This document shows, piece after piece, positions 22,101 through 32,117 of a stretch of DNA of 64,000 nucleotides. The notes beneath the pieces were generated by a model. It saw nothing but the letters and a program-made list of their open reading frames with translations, was not told the DNA's origin and made no database searches. Position 1 is the first letter of the stretch, and each line of letters starts with the position of its first letter. Both the position numbers and the translations under genes were made by a program. Where the stretch lies: IMG/VR virus record IMGVR_UViG_3300027749_002876, positions 310,001-374,000 of that record. One strand, written 5' to 3'.

Positions 22101-22533
22101 TCCAAAGAATAGTTTGATTACTCAAATTGATCCCGTTAACATCTGTGATATTTTCTGTGGTACTAATGTTTATTACTTTCAGATAACCCTGACCTGCAAT
22201 ATTACGCTTAGGATTATAGCTTACTAAGTTAGCTAATTTGATAACACTGTCTCTACGCTCGGCAGTGTCAATGAAGTTTTCACGGGTGTTTAAGTCATTA
22301 CGGAAAGCTAAACCCTGTCCCATAAATGCAATAACGTCTAATATTGCAATAAATTCACTAGATTCAATATAATCATTAAATGTCTCAGGATAATAAGTAC
22401 GCAAATAATCTATGAAACTCTTGCGTAGGGTTTCATAATCGTAGCTTTTAAAATCGGCTTCACGAAAGGTTTGATAGATTTGTTGCCAATTCTGAACACC
22501 AAATATTGCTGATTGTCGGGATGATGTTGCCAT
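19162..22533 (-). CDS. gp6: Baseplate wedge protein gp6-like (baseplate J family), 1123 aa
   Basis: N-terminus DFKSYDYETLRKSFIDYLR...FNDYIESSE...AERRDSVIKLA; FGDGVF; ESLANIKLRAP..Y..QNRMVNGEDY are typical gp6 motifs. Confidence 0.9.
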   Translation of the reverse strand: MATSSRQSAIFGVQNWQQIYQTFREADFKSYDYETLRKSFIDYLRTYYPETFNDYIESSEFIAILDVIAFMGQGLAFRNDLNTRENFIDTAERRDSVIKLANLVSYNPKRNIAGQGYLKVINISTTENITDVNGINLSNQTILWNDPANAGWLEQFNTIINSALINSQRVGRPGNSQELLGVKTDEYSLNIPPANLPIVPFSSTVDTINMNFELVSVTSLDQDSVYEIPPAPTGKMNMMYRNDKLGYGSPNTGFFFYFKQGTLQSYDFNLAQQISNQVVDIDIQGINNTDTWLYQLNSSNGGRTLWRLVDSVYANANLQTETSYKKVFSVVSRFNDQVSYTFGDGVFSEAPVGTFRAYVRGGNALTYTIDPTEMQGIQVTIQYISRAGRTEALTIGLSLQTPASTAQARESLANIKLRAPARYYTQNRMVNGEDYTNFPYTLYSSIIKSAAINRSSIGVSKNLDLLDPTGKYSSTNSFANDGGLYQNGDNGYLLLTITNTGDIIKFLTDSLALALADNRAKQYYLQNYPRYNINVASGDGVVYWNTSTVDANSNTGYFYNIDGSANTPIATGTYNTHNMKYVTKGALIKVTAPPGTYFDTTNRLVYGIASTSDTTFYWTTVLSVIGDGYNNGTGNFSNGSGPITLNGFIPSGAIITQVIPAFGNTLPTIVINECVIRMELNQSFSLKFNNALLITQDRWSIDAYDASGWFVNFNSVGSNRYQISYRSLRYYFGSVADTRFYYESGKLVYDPFTGKILADYIKVLPSNTQPTSNYPLARPVLVNVIGQTIESDGYVNDFEVQVASIDVNNKEIVTDPDFFQTVTGYVTGGINTGIYTFFELIEDAVNLSRYQLIPTSDVVYQYPTLSTIEVIKYEYPLGQIFYAYSDNIFYTTVQDTSVTTPYYIVVIQPQYLMKPGRQELAYQYRHNSNNTTRIDPTTTNIIDLYLVTQAYYTEYTNWIQDTTGTIAKPNEPTINELQQAYGNLDEYKMLTDSVIPNSVRFLPLFGTKAPTQLQGTVKVIKSQSTNASDSEIRSAVLSAMNSYFNINNWGFGDTFYFSELSAYLHAQLGDLVSSVVLVPNDPTMSFGDLYEIKSAPFEIFVNGATANDVLVIAALTPVQLQIR

Positions 22534-22581
22534 AGTTATTCTCTTTTAAGTATTTATCTTAAATGAAAACCACGGTTTTTG

Positions 22582-23031
22582 TTATTGTACTGTAGCAGTA
22601 TTGGTTAAATTATTGAAGAAAACACTTAATATTTCAGCATTGTTAAAGGGTGCAATAGCCAACTCTACTTCAAGTAGTATACCATTTTCCTGTGTATAAC
22701 TCTTTACTGTATTGATGATTAATCTAGGATCATTGTTACCAATTCTACGTATCTCATTTTCAAGCGTGAATCTAGTGTCGGCATCATTTGGCTCAAAAAT
22801 ATGACTCCAAATAGTAGAACCATATCCTGGATTACCAACTTTCTGTCCTTGTTGAATGTTTAATGCATTAACAAAATCTCTGATTACCAATGCTTCATCT
22901 ACAATACGATACTTTTTACCCGGAATAGTTGGCTTTAATACACCGCCTGTACCACCGTCTATGCCAGTACTGGCATTAGTTGTTTTTGGTTCATTGGCAC
23001 CTATTGTTGAAAATCCTATATATGTTGGCAT
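22582..23031 (-). CDS. gp25: Baseplate wedge protein gp25-like
   Basis: RDFVNALNIQQGQKVGNPGYGSTIWSHIFEP...DPRL matches the GPW/gp25 pattern; lies between gp5 and gp6. Confidence 0.9.
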   Translation of the reverse strand: MPTYIGFSTIGANEPKTTNASTGIDGGTGGVLKPTIPGKKYRIVDEALVIRDFVNALNIQQGQKVGNPGYGSTIWSHIFEPNDADTRFTLENEIRRIGNNDPRLIINTVKSYTQENGILLEVELAIAPFNNAEILSVFFNNLTNTATVQ

Positions 23032-23073
23032 GTTTTATCCTATAGTATATTTATGTTACTGCGTTTAAGACTT

Positions 23074-26000
23074 TTATAAGGCTTTTAGCTCTTCTCCTAA
23101 AGCCAACCATTTATTTCTCAATTCATCAAGTTGAGGATCACCTGCAGGAAGTTCATTTTTTGCTTTACTATATGCTAATCTAGCCGCTCTGACTTCATCA
23201 ACTTTTGCTATCAACTTCTGAGTTTTTTCATATTGTTCGTTAAGACTATCTCTGATTTTGTCAGAGCTTGATGTATCTCCTGTAGTCGCAGGATTACCAT
23301 TATAATTAGGCAACGGTATCTTACTGCTACCAAATACACTAGCTAATTGGCTTGTCAATGATGTACGGTCATTTGTATTGATACCAACAACAGGTAATGT
23401 AATTTGTACTGCACCACCTGAACTTAATGATGCAATAGAACTATTTAACTTTGAGGCCAATGCGGGACTTAGTCCAATACTTGCTAATGCTTGCAATGAT
23501 GCTCCCGGAGCTTTTAATTTATCTATTAAACTACTTGCACCACCTGCTAAATTACCAGTGCTGATAGATGCAGTGACTTGTGATATTGCTCCTGATATAC
23601 TACTAGCACCCGGTATTGAATTAAGTGCACCTTTTGCACCATTGATAACAGTTGCCACTGCATTCTGTGCTCCTGGTAAACCACTTAATCCGGTAGAAGC
23701 GTTCCCGGGTAATAATGCCCCAATTGAACTAACTGCATTTTGTGCAAGACTTGCGGCGTTTGATGCGGCTGCCACACCAGTCGTTACTGCTTTAGTAACA
23801 CTATCCAATCCGTTAATTGCCGATGACGCGGCTCCTGATGCAATACTTACGGCATCTATTCCTGAATTTGAGGCTGCAGATTTTAATACTCCGGCAACGT
23901 CACTTGCTTCTGTTCCGGATGCTTGTACATCTGCCGCCGCTTTATCGGCAATTTGTTTTAAGTTCTGAGGTACACCTGCTTTAAGTGCCGGGAATCCTTT
24001 AGTAATTGCGGCGAATGCTGATCCAGCAATGCCTTTTGCGCTATCAAATATACCAGACAGTCCCGGAATACCTCCTTTTGCCAATCCAGATAATGATCCT
24101 GCTATTGAACTTAGTCCTCCAATACTTGATTCGGCTAAATTTGCCGCAAAATTACCTGAGGTTATTGATCCAGTCACACTACCTATTAATCCATTCACCG
24201 ATTTACCAACTACAGATCCAACATCAGATATACCTTTTCCTAAACTACCAGATGCTGTTTTCATAAAGTTAACCGTATTAGATAATCCGGCTGTAGCTGT
24301 TGCAGTGATTATACCAGCCACTACCCCGGATGATTCTTTACCTGTCATAACACCTGATTGTGTTAGTTGTGTTTGTGCTTGTTGGAACGTAGAGACCTGT
24401 GTTTTAACTTGACTAGTAGTACTAGCTATATAAGCTTGTAAATTCTCTGCATCTGGCATGCCTGTAAATAAATTGGCAGTCATTGCTTCCTCAACTGTTT
24501 TTCCCTGAGAAATTAATGATGCAATCAATACTGCTGATCCAGGTTTTAGTATGCCAGCTGATTCCATTTGTTGAGGACTTTGTGCTAATTTACCAACAGC
24601 CGCAAATTTACCTGTTGCTGTTTCTACTACACTAGCGCCAATTGCAGTTGCGGCTGCAGCCGGGCCTGATTGAGCCATAGCCGCTACTTGTCCAACCATA
24701 GTTGTTGTAACGTTTTTATCTAATACTTTACTAATTGCACCAGTAACTGGAACTGTCGCAGATACACTTGCAGTTACAGGTGTGTTAGGGGTATTAGCTA
24801 CTTGTGCATTTACTGCTGTGACTGCCGCAGAAGGGGGACTTGGGAAATTGGCACTGGCATTATTATCTACCTTAACATCTACTCCCTGATTTGCACTAGA
24901 CCATGGTGCATGTGCAGGTGCTCTACTTGCAATACTAAACAATGCTCCAGGAGCGGCTGCCCAACCTTTAGTTGAATCATACAAGGTATCAGTATGTGCT
25001 ACGACCGTGATTGGTTTGACTTCAGCTGGTACAAGTCCGGCTGAGCCTGTATTTAAATTAACTTTACTACCATTAACAAATGCAGCCGCTGTACTAGCAA
25101 AACTTGCTTCACCGGCACTTGCTAAACTCATTCCGGCGCCAACTTTTAATGTATATTTACCTAATGATTGCATACTGTAATCAGTACCAATTCTAAAATC
25201 AGTTTTCTTATCACTATTAATTGTTACATTTTCACCATAAAGATTAAAATCTTTTTTGGCATGCATATTGATGTTGTTATCAGCATGTAAATTCAAATCA
25301 CCTTGTGTTCTAATATTAACTGAGTTGGTAGCATACATATCAATAGTACCTTCTTTGCCCAACTCTATCCAACTTTGTCCATTAGCGTGAATGATGTGTA
25401 AACATTGACCATCATCACTCATTAATATTTGATGACCTAAACTACTACGTATTCTTACCAATTGGTCTCTACCTAATAAATCACCATCATCCATTACTAC
25501 TGAATGACCTACCCTACGTGAAGTTATTTTTAAATTACTTTGTTGACCCTCGCCTGTTGCGGCATCAGCAATTGTTTCATCTGTAAAGCCACCTTCATAT
25601 ATAGGTCTACCGGGAGTATTAACTCCCCAACCAACACGACTAGGACTTTCACGTTGTGCTGATGTACCAATTGTACCTCTAATTGTATCTCTAATTAAAC
25701 CTTGTTGATTTAATACGCCGGCAAGATAACTGTTGACTGGTTTAGGTTCATTAAAAAATGCAGGACTACTATTGATTGCATTATTGTTTGTATTGATGTT
25801 AGTAACCGGCAATTTCTTTGCACCACCATAACTGTTTGCCTCACCTGAATTAGTAACTACTGTTTCAGTTGATCCATTTGCTGGCACCATAAACAATGCT
25901 TCTGGTTGTGGAACACAACCAATCCAATATCCATAATTAGGGTCACCGTTAATAAAAATACATATTACAGTTGTACCTAAATCAGGTGGACTATTCCACA

Positions 26001-26289
26001 TACCATAACTAACAGGATTCTGTAAATATGTTCCATAACCTGTCTTATCACCTGTACCCCCAGTCAATCCATAAAAAGGTGACATATAACTAACTGTAAT
26101 CCAACAGTTGCTATCAGAAGGATCTACACCTCCCATATCAGCAACATAAACTCGCAAACGACCACTTCGTATAGGATCAATATTATCTTTTACTACCCCA
26201 AACACAGGCACAGAACTAACTACTGCACCACCTGCACCTAATTTATCTGCGCTTGGTGCGCCTTTGGGTTTAAAGATATTATTTGCCAT
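23074..26289 (-). CDS. gp5: Baseplate hub/central spike gp5-like (Vgr OB-fold + beta-helix) with long Ala/Gly/Ser-rich C-terminal extension, 1071 aa
   Basis: GVVKDNIDPIRSGRLRVY...W....SPFYG...PPDLGTTVICIFINGD...YWIG OB-fold; GHSVVMDDG/GHQILMSDD and beta-helix repeats (DLNLHADNNINMHA). Confidence 0.85.
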   Translation of the reverse strand: MANNIFKPKGAPSADKLGAGGAVVSSVPVFGVVKDNIDPIRSGRLRVYVADMGGVDPSDSNCWITVSYMSPFYGLTGGTGDKTGYGTYLQNPVSYGMWNSPPDLGTTVICIFINGDPNYGYWIGCVPQPEALFMVPANGSTETVVTNSGEANSYGGAKKLPVTNINTNNNAINSSPAFFNEPKPVNSYLAGVLNQQGLIRDTIRGTIGTSAQRESPSRVGWGVNTPGRPIYEGGFTDETIADAATGEGQQSNLKITSRRVGHSVVMDDGDLLGRDQLVRIRSSLGHQILMSDDGQCLHIIHANGQSWIELGKEGTIDMYATNSVNIRTQGDLNLHADNNINMHAKKDFNLYGENVTINSDKKTDFRIGTDYSMQSLGKYTLKVGAGMSLASAGEASFASTAAAFVNGSKVNLNTGSAGLVPAEVKPITVVAHTDTLYDSTKGWAAAPGALFSIASRAPAHAPWSSANQGVDVKVDNNASANFPSPPSAAVTAVNAQVANTPNTPVTASVSATVPVTGAISKVLDKNVTTTMVGQVAAMAQSGPAAAATAIGASVVETATGKFAAVGKLAQSPQQMESAGILKPGSAVLIASLISQGKTVEEAMTANLFTGMPDAENLQAYIASTTSQVKTQVSTFQQAQTQLTQSGVMTGKESSGVVAGIITATATAGLSNTVNFMKTASGSLGKGISDVGSVVGKSVNGLIGSVTGSITSGNFAANLAESSIGGLSSIAGSLSGLAKGGIPGLSGIFDSAKGIAGSAFAAITKGFPALKAGVPQNLKQIADKAAADVQASGTEASDVAGVLKSAASNSGIDAVSIASGAASSAINGLDSVTKAVTTGVAAASNAASLAQNAVSSIGALLPGNASTGLSGLPGAQNAVATVINGAKGALNSIPGASSISGAISQVTASISTGNLAGGASSLIDKLKAPGASLQALASIGLSPALASKLNSSIASLSSGGAVQITLPVVGINTNDRTSLTSQLASVFGSSKIPLPNYNGNPATTGDTSSSDKIRDSLNEQYEKTQKLIAKVDEVRAARLAYSKAKNELPAGDPQLDELRNKWLALGEELKAL

Positions 26290-26304
26290 ATTAATTATTT
26301 ACTG

Positions 26305-28959
26305 TTATACACCTTCACCGGGTCTTGTTCTAGTATTCAATGTAGTGTTTTGTGTTTCTCTACCAGCATCAGGGCTTTGAGCATTAGCAACGCCGGATTG
26401 TGTTAATCCTACACTTTGAACACTGTCATCATTTGCTACACCTTGTCTTGTATTTTCTGTTGTAGTAGTATTTGGTGTACTACTGTATGAAAGTGAAGTA
26501 TTATCCGCTAGATAGTTAGCGGCTACGGCTGCATCTACTCCGGCAAATTCGTTGTCAGGAGTATAACCTGATGAAGCTGAGGTAGTGCTTCCTTTACCTG
26601 GTGTTGGTCCATCTCCACCTTGATTTGTACTTGTACGTACATCTGATCCTCCTAAGTCTATTCTTCTAGGATCGGATGCGGCAAACGCGGATCTTGCATT
26701 ATTTGCATTTTCTTTTGTTAATGTTACTCCGGTTCTTGCAGCCACTTTATCTGTAATATTTGCTCTTCCACCAAGTGCCGCCGCTGGAGTACCTAATACT
26801 CCAGGGAAATCATTGATACAACAAGTTAATGTTTGCTGGAATTTACCACTTTTAAAACTATGTTCTACATCAAGAACCATATAGCTAACACCTTTAACTT
26901 TATTAGCTACTGCGGCAGGATAATTCCAAAAATATATAGATTCATTGATACTCATCAATCCATCACTGTTGTAATAATCTTGTGCTTCTTTAAAATCTAT
27001 TTCAATAAAAACATGACCACCGTTTGGATTAATAGTAAATCCATCACTACCGTAAAATTGATTGTATACTTGATTAACACTCTGGGGTGTTTCTTGTGAC
27101 AAATAATCCGGATCACCCATAATGGTAATTTTTGCTTTGGCGTATGCACCCGGGTCGAATAAACTAGTCATGTAAGCATTTTGTGCTTCCATACCAACAT
27201 TCAATCCACCCTGAGATTCTATATTTTGTAACTTTCCTGCATATACAGGTACCGTTGCACCACCAGCTGTACTAGCTGGATCACCGTCAGGAGACAACGC
27301 TACGTTAAAATAAGTATTATCCATAGTCTGCTCATAAGATAGTATCTCACTATTCTTTCCAGTGAACCAATATTCATATCGTTTATGAGGGCCATAATAT
27401 TTGCTAGATTTTGTATAAGGAGATTTGGCTGCAGGAGTTTCATATGGTTGTATGACGTACGTGATGTTGTAGGCAAAATCACCCACATTTTCATCAAACC
27501 CTAAACATATAATTTCTGGATTTATATTATACCATCTGATAGGTGGTACATCTTTTTTAACAGCAACTTCAAGACTACCGGTGTCTTCATCAGGTTCTTC
27601 GCTTGCAAGAAATATAACTTTAAGTGCATCAGCCATGTATGAACTTTGTTTAATAATATTATTAATTGCCTGTACTATGGGAATACCATATGCAAATGAT
27701 ATTGTTTTTCTAGTTGTGTCTGCTACTGCTTTATTACTAGTTGATTCATTTACTTCCTTAGAATTATTTGCCCTACTCATTGGTGTTCTAGCTTTATCTA
27801 AATCCGCATCAGTAACCATTCTTGCATTTTTTAGTAAATCACTATCACCTATAAATCTAACACTGTATACATTTGGTATTTTAATTCTTTTTTCTCTATA
27901 TAATGTATTCTGAGTTTCATTTATTGTTTGTAGTAAACTAGTGATACCATTACCATTACCAATCAATGCTTCTTCAACCGTTCCGGCCACAATTGGTGTA
28001 TAATTATCAACTATTCCCCTAGCTGTGCCCATACTAACTGATGTTGATGTTACAGCTCCTTCTAGATTATAAGTTGTTGCACCACCATTAATCTTAAATT
28101 TCATTTTTGTTAACAGTATATCATAAAATCTTTCATATACACCACTAGCATCCGGGCTTGTATTTAATGTATCATCTGCAAATACTTGACTCGCATTTGC
28201 TATATTTCCGTTTTTATCATACCCTTGAAATCTAATACCTAATACAAAAAATTGTTTACTCCCGTTAACGGCCTTTTCATAATTTTTTAATTTACTATTT
28301 TTAACTAAACTATCTCTTGCTCTTTTTAATTTGGTAATAAAAGAAAAACCATATGGTTCATATATACTAAATGACAGTGTTGTTACGTTAGATTCACTAT
28401 GAGTGCTTTTAGCATTTGTAGCCGTTTTAATTTTTAAATCATCAATATAAAAATCTAACTCAAAACCCGGTGCTCTTTTACTTGCAGTATTATTAATGCC
28501 TCCTGATTGTGCAATTAAAAACGCACCACCATTTGTTGCTTGCCCACTAGCGTCTGTTGCTGATAGTGCATTAATATTTTTTCTATTTGATTTTTGAAAT
28601 GCATTATATGCATCCGGTGTTATCATATACAAGCTTAATTGATATGTATAACTGCTAAAATTACCTAATGGGTTTTGTAATCTACTTCCAGGTTTAGCTG
28701 TTTTCCCTACACCTTTATCAACTACATCATTTCCTGCAGGAGATTGTGCGTTACCTGCTTGTGTTTGTCCTGCAAAACTTTTATTGACCGTTTCAACTTC
28801 ACTACTACCGGTTGCAGTAGCATTATTTTCTTTAGCGGCAACATTTTTAGCTTCTTTTTTATCATAACTGGTATCGTCACCTCCTGGAGTACCACCTAAA
28901 TTATTATTGTCAGGGGTAGAGGATATTATAATACCTAGCTCATCTGTTTCAATTGGCAT
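26305..28959 (-). CDS. Baseplate hub/tail protein (gp27/late control D-like), 884 aa
   Basis: NPL..FSSYTYQLSLY, IYEPYGFSF, AKITIMGDPDYL and YMVLDVEHSFKSGKFQQTL resemble hub proteins; lies between gp53 and gp5. Confidence 0.6.
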   Translation of the reverse strand: MPIETDELGIIISSTPDNNNLGGTPGGDDTSYDKKEAKNVAAKENNATATGSSEVETVNKSFAGQTQAGNAQSPAGNDVVDKGVGKTAKPGSRLQNPLGNFSSYTYQLSLYMITPDAYNAFQKSNRKNINALSATDASGQATNGGAFLIAQSGGINNTASKRAPGFELDFYIDDLKIKTATNAKSTHSESNVTTLSFSIYEPYGFSFITKLKRARDSLVKNSKLKNYEKAVNGSKQFFVLGIRFQGYDKNGNIANASQVFADDTLNTSPDASGVYERFYDILLTKMKFKINGGATTYNLEGAVTSTSVSMGTARGIVDNYTPIVAGTVEEALIGNGNGITSLLQTINETQNTLYREKRIKIPNVYSVRFIGDSDLLKNARMVTDADLDKARTPMSRANNSKEVNESTSNKAVADTTRKTISFAYGIPIVQAINNIIKQSSYMADALKVIFLASEEPDEDTGSLEVAVKKDVPPIRWYNINPEIICLGFDENVGDFAYNITYVIQPYETPAAKSPYTKSSKYYGPHKRYEYWFTGKNSEILSYEQTMDNTYFNVALSPDGDPASTAGGATVPVYAGKLQNIESQGGLNVGMEAQNAYMTSLFDPGAYAKAKITIMGDPDYLSQETPQSVNQVYNQFYGSDGFTINPNGGHVFIEIDFKEAQDYYNSDGLMSINESIYFWNYPAAVANKVKGVSYMVLDVEHSFKSGKFQQTLTCCINDFPGVLGTPAAALGGRANITDKVAARTGVTLTKENANNARSAFAASDPRRIDLGGSDVRTSTNQGGDGPTPGKGSTTSASSGYTPDNEFAGVDAAVAANYLADNTSLSYSSTPNTTTTENTRQGVANDDSVQSVGLTQSGVANAQSPDAGRETQNTTLNTRTRPGEGV

Positions 28960-29271
28960 TTATAATCCTAATACTTGTTTTAACGTTGCAGGATCTGGTA
29001 AATATATACTAGTACCTGTAGTAAAATCAAAAAATGGATCAGCTAATGTATTTGGATTTCTACTTGAAAATACCCACCATAATTTTGGATTACTGTATAA
29101 GTCATATGCTAACATATCAGGACGTAAATTATATGTTTGTGTGATTTCCCAATATCTGTCACTACCTAATTTAGGAATAGGTCTATCCACTAGTACATCT
29201 AAAAATCTATTATTCACTACACCTGTAGCAAAATAAGGACTTGATGCTGGATATAAACTGTTATTAGACAT
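28960..29271 (-). CDS. gp53: gp53-like baseplate wedge protein (LysM-like fold), ~103 aa
   Basis: YNLRPDMLAYDLYSNPKLWWVF...N...DPFFDF..G..IYLP motif. Likely start is ATG 29271, coupled to the upstream TAA (TAATG), rather than the track start at 29277. Confidence 0.85.
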   Translation of the reverse strand: MSNNSLYPASSPYFATGVVNNRFLDVLVDRPIPKLGSDRYWEITQTYNLRPDMLAYDLYSNPKLWWVFSSRNPNTLADPFFDFTTGTSIYLPDPATLKQVLGL

Positions 29272-31070
29272 TACCAAATACCTCCGCCCGAACGTTTAGT
29301 TCCTCGTAATAATTCACCTGTCGCATACTCTTTAAGACTAAATTTATTGCTGATATCATTTCGTGTAACAATAGGTAGGCATGTGATTTGTAATTGTAAT
29401 TTTGTAGGTATATATGTTGCTTCACTGTTAATCATTGTATTTTGTGTTTGAAAGTTTGGAACTTTGGGTGATAAACCATTCATTGCAGTTCTCACTACTT
29501 TAGGGGCAAACGTATTTAATGCGGGTTTTTGTTGAGATATATTTACTCCCGGTTGATTAGTTTGACTACCTGCTCGAATGTAATCTACATCGGTTGGAGT
29601 AGAATACGTAAAATTAGTTACAACTACTGGATGTGCATCATACGTATATGCTCCAAAACCACTCAAATAACACAACGGTGGGGGTACTCCGTTATTTGGA
29701 TTCTTGTCTTGCCCATAAAACATTTTAGTAACACTACGGAAAAAATGTATCACAGCTAATAAGTAAGTTGCTTCAATAGTATCCTGTGCAGTAAAATCCG
29801 CAGTAATACTAACAGTATCTACACTGCTTCCTTTATATTGATAAATTTTATAATTACTATGTACTAATTCACTTGTATCATATCCAGCACTGTATGTAAC
29901 TGAAATTGCCGGGGTGTATGGAAAGATTACGCCATCAGTAGCCATTAATGGTTGTAATATACCTGCTTTGCCGTCCGGTACTTTATATAAATAATCAGCA
30001 CCGGGCGCCAAACTTAATCTTGCTCGCCAATCTGGTTTCTGTTGAAAACTAGCACTATCGTCTCTGGTAGCTGTACTTTGAGTGTTCTTTAACGCAGTTG
30101 ATATACCTTTAGGTGCAGCTTGATTTACCGCATCAATTGCAGCCTGTGTATTAGCTTCATTACCACGTTCAGCGGCTGCTTGTCTGGCAGCTTCAAATGG
30201 ATCTTCAGTGGTAATATCAGTAGGTGATGAATTTTGTATCTCTGCACCAATGTTTGTATTAGGGTCACTGTTAAGACTGATTGTTTGTTGTTTTGCTATT
30301 GCTTCATCAACTCCAGCAAAATCACCCATGTCTGCAATTTTCTTTTGTTTAGCAACTTGTTCATCAACTCCAGCAAATTCATCAATTTCTGTATTTGCCG
30401 GTGCTTTTGCTACATTAACGTTTTGAATGTCTGCACCAATATTAGTATTTGGATCACTGTTTAACCCTATCTCTTGTTGGGGTTGGGGTATATTTAATGT
30501 CTGAGTATCATTACCAATATTAGTATTAGGATCAGTATTTGGATCTATAAGTTGTTGAGGAGACGCATTAGCATCTAGGAAGGCAACGTTTGTAGCCGCG
30601 TTTTGTCCAGTAGCAGGTACTGTTGCGTTTTCAATCGGAGGAAGTGGCACTGTAGTAACGGTGGTATTAGTCTGATTGGGAGTAACAGTTTCAGGCGGAG
30701 TAGTTGTGTTTGTGTTTGGAGGTCCAGATGATGCTGTTCCTGCCTGTGTGTTAGCATTATTTATAGTTGCTCTTAGTTGAAATAGTTGTGATGTTAATGT
30801 GGATCTTACATACACCGCTGTTTTGTCTATATTTTGCTTGATAGCGTTTGTTTCTGCCTCTAGTGCAACTAACACTGGATCTCTAGGATTATAACGGTTA
30901 CCCTGAGATGTTATAAAGTCACTTATCTTTTGTCCGTTGGCCAGTAATTGCTGTTCCAATGCAGTAATTTGCGCTTCACCTTGTGTCTTTTGTAGGTTGA
31001 CCGCATCCAACTGTGCCTGTGCATTGGCTGCAACTTGTTTCCATTCTTCGGTTGTGGTTGGGTTTGCCAT
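29271..31070 (-). CDS. gp48/gp54-like baseplate-tail tube initiator with long low-complexity N-terminal region, 599 aa
   Basis: C-terminal domain GVIFPYTPAI...HSNY...FTAQ...LAVIHFFRSVTKMFYG...PPPLCYLSGFG is typical of tube-initiator proteins; the N-terminal half is Q/N/T/P-rich with internal repeats. Confidence 0.65.
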   Translation of the reverse strand: MANPTTTEEWKQVAANAQAQLDAVNLQKTQGEAQITALEQQLLANGQKISDFITSQGNRYNPRDPVLVALEAETNAIKQNIDKTAVYVRSTLTSQLFQLRATINNANTQAGTASSGPPNTNTTTPPETVTPNQTNTTVTTVPLPPIENATVPATGQNAATNVAFLDANASPQQLIDPNTDPNTNIGNDTQTLNIPQPQQEIGLNSDPNTNIGADIQNVNVAKAPANTEIDEFAGVDEQVAKQKKIADMGDFAGVDEAIAKQQTISLNSDPNTNIGAEIQNSSPTDITTEDPFEAARQAAAERGNEANTQAAIDAVNQAAPKGISTALKNTQSTATRDDSASFQQKPDWRARLSLAPGADYLYKVPDGKAGILQPLMATDGVIFPYTPAISVTYSAGYDTSELVHSNYKIYQYKGSSVDTVSITADFTAQDTIEATYLLAVIHFFRSVTKMFYGQDKNPNNGVPPPLCYLSGFGAYTYDAHPVVVTNFTYSTPTDVDYIRAGSQTNQPGVNISQQKPALNTFAPKVVRTAMNGLSPKVPNFQTQNTMINSEATYIPTKLQLQITCLPIVTRNDISNKFSLKEYATGELLRGTKRSGGGIW

Positions 31071-31143
31071 AATATGTTGTTATCCTTACACATATTTATC
31101 TACTAAATAAAGTAGTATTTTTACCCTTTCCATCACAAAATAG

Positions 31144-31172
31144 TTGCTATTCTGCAACAATAATGTTATACT
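31144..31172 (+). promoter_or_regulatory. Sigma70-type promoter for the gp55-like gene
   Basis: TTGCTA-17 nt-TATACT with extended TGn; an inverted repeat GTTGC-N6-GCAAC overlaps the -35. Confidence 0.65.
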
Positions 31173-31197
31173 TACATCAACATAATAACGGAGAACT

Positions 31198-32103
31198 ATG
31201 TCCCTACCCTCACGCAAACCTGTCAACTATTTAAATAATAAAGACATTCTAAAAGAAATTCACGAAAGTAAAAACGCTTATTGCTACTTCACCGACCCAA
31301 GCTATCATCGCTATGATTTCATTGTAGACATGCCTCAATCTAGTATGGAAGACAGCTTAGAATATGCTTTCAAACCAGAAACTATTCAACAAGCAAAAGA
31401 AACACGTGCATTACGTCTTAGTTTAGAACAAGGGTCTAAAGATGCTGTTAGTCCGGATTCAATTTTAGTTACAGATTTAGTATTTCGTGTAATGACTTGG
31501 GATCACGTTCCGGTCGCACCAAAACAGCCACGTAAAACAGTTAAAAAGAAAACAGCGAAGGATATCTTTGATTTTGAAGAACCAGATCCAGACGAAATAT
31601 TTGCTGACTTAGAGGATAATACTACTAAAGCTGAAGTAGATGATATGGTTCATGTTAAGGTAAACTTTCCACCGTTCCAGCATTACAAAATTGATGAAAA
31701 TAATACATTCAAATGTGTAGGTAAAAGCCATTGGGACGGTGATTTAGAAACAGGTGTCTTTAATAAAGAACACGGCAAAATCACAAACAAACTTGCCCGT
31801 ATGTATATTATGATGTGCGAAAAATATGCAATGAAATATAATTGGCGCGGGTATACTTACAATGATGAGATGCGTAATAGTGCCATCTTACAATTAACAT
31901 ACGTTGGTTTACGTTTCAATGAAGCTAAAAGTGCAAACCCATTTGCTTACTACACAGCCGCTATCACTAATAGTTTCTGTAGAGTATTGAATACAGAAAA
32001 ACGTAATCAAAACATACGTGATGATATACTAGAAATCAATGGTCTCAATCCTAGTTGGTCACGACAGGGTATTGGGTCTAGTTCCACAGTATACGAAGAA
32101 TAA
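31198..32103 (+). CDS. gp55: Late-transcription sigma factor, gp55-like, 301 aa
   Basis: YLNNKDILKEI at the N-terminus; NWRGYTYNDEM...LRFNEAKSANPFAYYTAAITNSF.R.LN.EKRNQ is the gp55 core; GGAG RBS. Confidence 0.9.
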   Translation: MSLPSRKPVNYLNNKDILKEIHESKNAYCYFTDPSYHRYDFIVDMPQSSMEDSLEYAFKPETIQQAKETRALRLSLEQGSKDAVSPDSILVTDLVFRVMTWDHVPVAPKQPRKTVKKKTAKDIFDFEEPDPDEIFADLEDNTTKAEVDDMVHVKVNFPPFQHYKIDENNTFKCVGKSHWDGDLETGVFNKEHGKITNKLARMYIMMCEKYAMKYNWRGYTYNDEMRNSAILQLTYVGLRFNEAKSANPFAYYTAAITNSFCRVLNTEKRNQNIRDDILEINGLNPSWSRQGIGSSSTVYEE

Positions 32104-32117
32104 TTTAACCAAAGCCG

